Part shown: positions 62,433 to 64,000 of the stretch, one piece after another
Layout of the letters: the number at the start of each line of letters is the position of its first letter
Numbering within the stretch: position 1 is the first letter of the stretch
From: a virus
Reading direction: 5' to 3' (one strand)
DNA: 64,000 nt
Virus record (IMG/VR): IMGVR_UViG_3300042691_015921
The notes under the pieces: generated by a model
What the model saw: the letters and a program-made list of their open reading frames with translations, nothing else
Database searches by the model: none
Told to the model about the DNA's origin: nothing
Translations under genes and position numbers: made by a program

Positions 62433-62975
62433 TCATACATCCTTAAAGAAATACCAACGGTTATAGGTGACGATCTCTTCCGCACCGTCAATATACATCA
62501 GGTATTCTTGCAAGTCAAGCCACGAATCAAAAATCATTTGATGGGGAATTGTCCCGAATAACCAATCTGGAGCATTTTGCTTTCCTTGAGCAACATTGAT
62601 CAGTATCGGTTTCTTTTCACGGTTTGCAAGAAAGATTTCCTCATATGTTCCACAGGGATGAATATCTAAATCTAGATTGACAATCAAGAAATCGCTGATA
62701 TCAACAAGTCTTAGGTCTACGTTTCTGATTGTCTTCATGACTTTAGATAGTTCGTCATACCGTTTCTCTTGCTTGAGTCTTTTCTTGAGCATGACGGTAT
62801 TTTCATCTTCTCTACCAATCTCTGACGGTTTAATTAATGGATTGAAAACAGTAAGTCCCATTTTTAAAAGAACGGGGGTAATATTTTCTCGCCATGTTTT
62901 TCCGCCATCCGGTACTCTATCCATAGCACCAGCAAGATATACCCGCTGATTATTTAGTCGATTCATCATCCTCAT
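62433..62975 (-). CDS. nucleoside 2-deoxyribosyltransferase-like protein
   Basis: VYLAGAM, WR, DL..VD.SDF, GTYEE. Confidence 0.8.
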   Translation of the reverse strand: MRMMNRLNNQRVYLAGAMDRVPDGGKTWRENITPVLLKMGLTVFNPLIKPSEIGREDENTVMLKKRLKQEKRYDELSKVMKTIRNVDLRLVDISDFLIVNLDLDIHPCGTYEEIFLANREKKPILINVAQGKQNAPDWLFGTIPHQMIFDSWLDLQEYLMYIDGAEEIVTYNRWYFFKDV

Positions 62976-63098
62976 CCTCTTCTACCAAGTCCCACTCAAA
63001 TTCTTCCACTTCTTTGTCATAAACCGGCAGTTCGGTTTCTTCCCACCAAGCAACTGATGTTTCAGGATAGTCACCATAATCTTGCATAATTACCTCCG

Positions 63099-64000
63099 TT
63101 ATTTCTTAAGTAAATTGTATTTATGAATAGCAGAAGCTATGACCTGATGCATGTCATAGTATCTATATTCGGCTAGTCTACCGCCAAAAATAAACTTATT
63201 TGTATCTATCAGCGACTGATATCTACCAAATAATTCGTTGTTTAGTGTAGTATTGACAGGATAGAATCTCTCCAAACCGTCTTCATAGTCTTGTGGAAAC
63301 TCTTTAGTTATTACGGTATGACGAGAATCTAATTTGTCGAAATGTTTATACTCCACAATTCTAGTATGTTTAACATCTACGTCTGTGTAGTTTACTATAG
63401 AAGTCCCTTGAAAGTCGCAATTTTCGATGTATAATTGCTCAAATCGTAAACTTCTCCAGTCTAATTTCCCTAGACTTGAGTTAAAAAACTCATCAATTGG
63501 GCCTGTATATACAACCTTCTTTGCTATCTTATCCCACTCATCCCTGCTTGTCAAGTAGTCTTCATCTAGTATTACCTTAATGCCGTCCAGCATATTCTCT
63601 ACTAGTTTGGTATATCCAACTGTTGGTAGTCCTTCATAATTATCTGAGAAATATCTGTCGTCAAATGTTTTTCGGATTGGGATACGTTTTATTATTGATG
63701 CTGGCAAATCGCGGGGATGTTTATCCCATTGTTTAGTTGTATATCCCTCGACAAATATCTCATATAATTCTCTGCCGCATTTATCTAGAATCCATTCTTC
63801 TAGATTCTTGGGATTGGTATTAACTACCCTAACTGATTCAAGATATCTAATTGCTTCTTCTGGAGTTTTTACATTTGCTACTTGATAAAGGGTGAATAAA
63901 TTAATCGGGAATGAATATAATCTATCCTTGTAATTAACTTTTACTCTGTGCGAATACCCATTAAAAGAGGAGAATCTATTTATAAATTGCCAGATACGCT
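63099..64000 (-). CDS. glf: UDP-galactopyranose mutase (5' end lies outside the window)
   Basis: frame open to the window edge (..YSFPINL..GYTTKQW..); DRYFSD.YEGLP, YTGPID, GRLAEYRYYDMHQ. Confidence 0.93.
   Translation of the reverse strand, partial: RIWQFINRFSSFNGYSHRVKVNYKDRLYSFPINLFTLYQVANVKTPEEAIRYLESVRVVNTNPKNLEEWILDKCGRELYEIFVEGYTTKQWDKHPRDLPASIIKRIPIRKTFDDRYFSDNYEGLPTVGYTKLVENMLDGIKVILDEDYLTSRDEWDKIAKKVVYTGPIDEFFNSSLGKLDWRSLRFEQLYIENCDFQGTSIVNYTDVDVKHTRIVEYKHFDKLDSRHTVITKEFPQDYEDGLERFYPVNTTLNNELFGRYQSLIDTNKFIFGGRLAEYRYYDMHQVIASAIHKYNLLKK

Noticed and set aside
1-64000. Alternative genetic code (stop reassignment)
   Set aside because: Known genes (nrdAB, thyX, phoH, rIIA) are full length in code 11, all three stops are used and no suppressor tRNA was found
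1-64000. CRISPR array, integrase or transposase
   Set aside because: No regularly spaced repeats or recombinase motifs seen

Overview
The window is part of a large, AT-rich dsDNA tailed-phage genome. A DUF1559 prepilin-type gene and a small secreted peptide point to a Planctomycetota host (inference). Almost all genes are on the minus strand: PhoH, MazG-like, class Ia NrdAB, a papain-like peptidase with membrane proteins, GT4, HNH, dCMP deaminase, ThyX, macro domain, SLOG, nucleoside-deoxyribosyltransferase-like proteins, rIIA/rIIB, a partial UDP-galactopyranose mutase and about 100 short early-type ORFs behind repeated TTGACA-N16-TANANT promoters. The one plus-strand block (15198-25112) is a 13-gene nucleotide-sugar/glycosyltransferase operon with heptose enzymes, a ColD/ColC-like pair and a ThDP E1 alpha/beta pair. 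The most notable part is the RNA region at 28.5-31.8 kb. It holds a circularly permuted two-piece tmRNA (tag (A)DVETYALAA) whose intervening segment carries a complete HNH-type endonuclease gene, a tRNA-Gln(UUG) split by a 198-nt group I intron, several atypical tRNAs and several unclassified structured RNAs. A further promoter-driven tRNA-like RNA with two T-arms lies at 51.4 kb. All calls were made by eye; no searches or folding programs were run.
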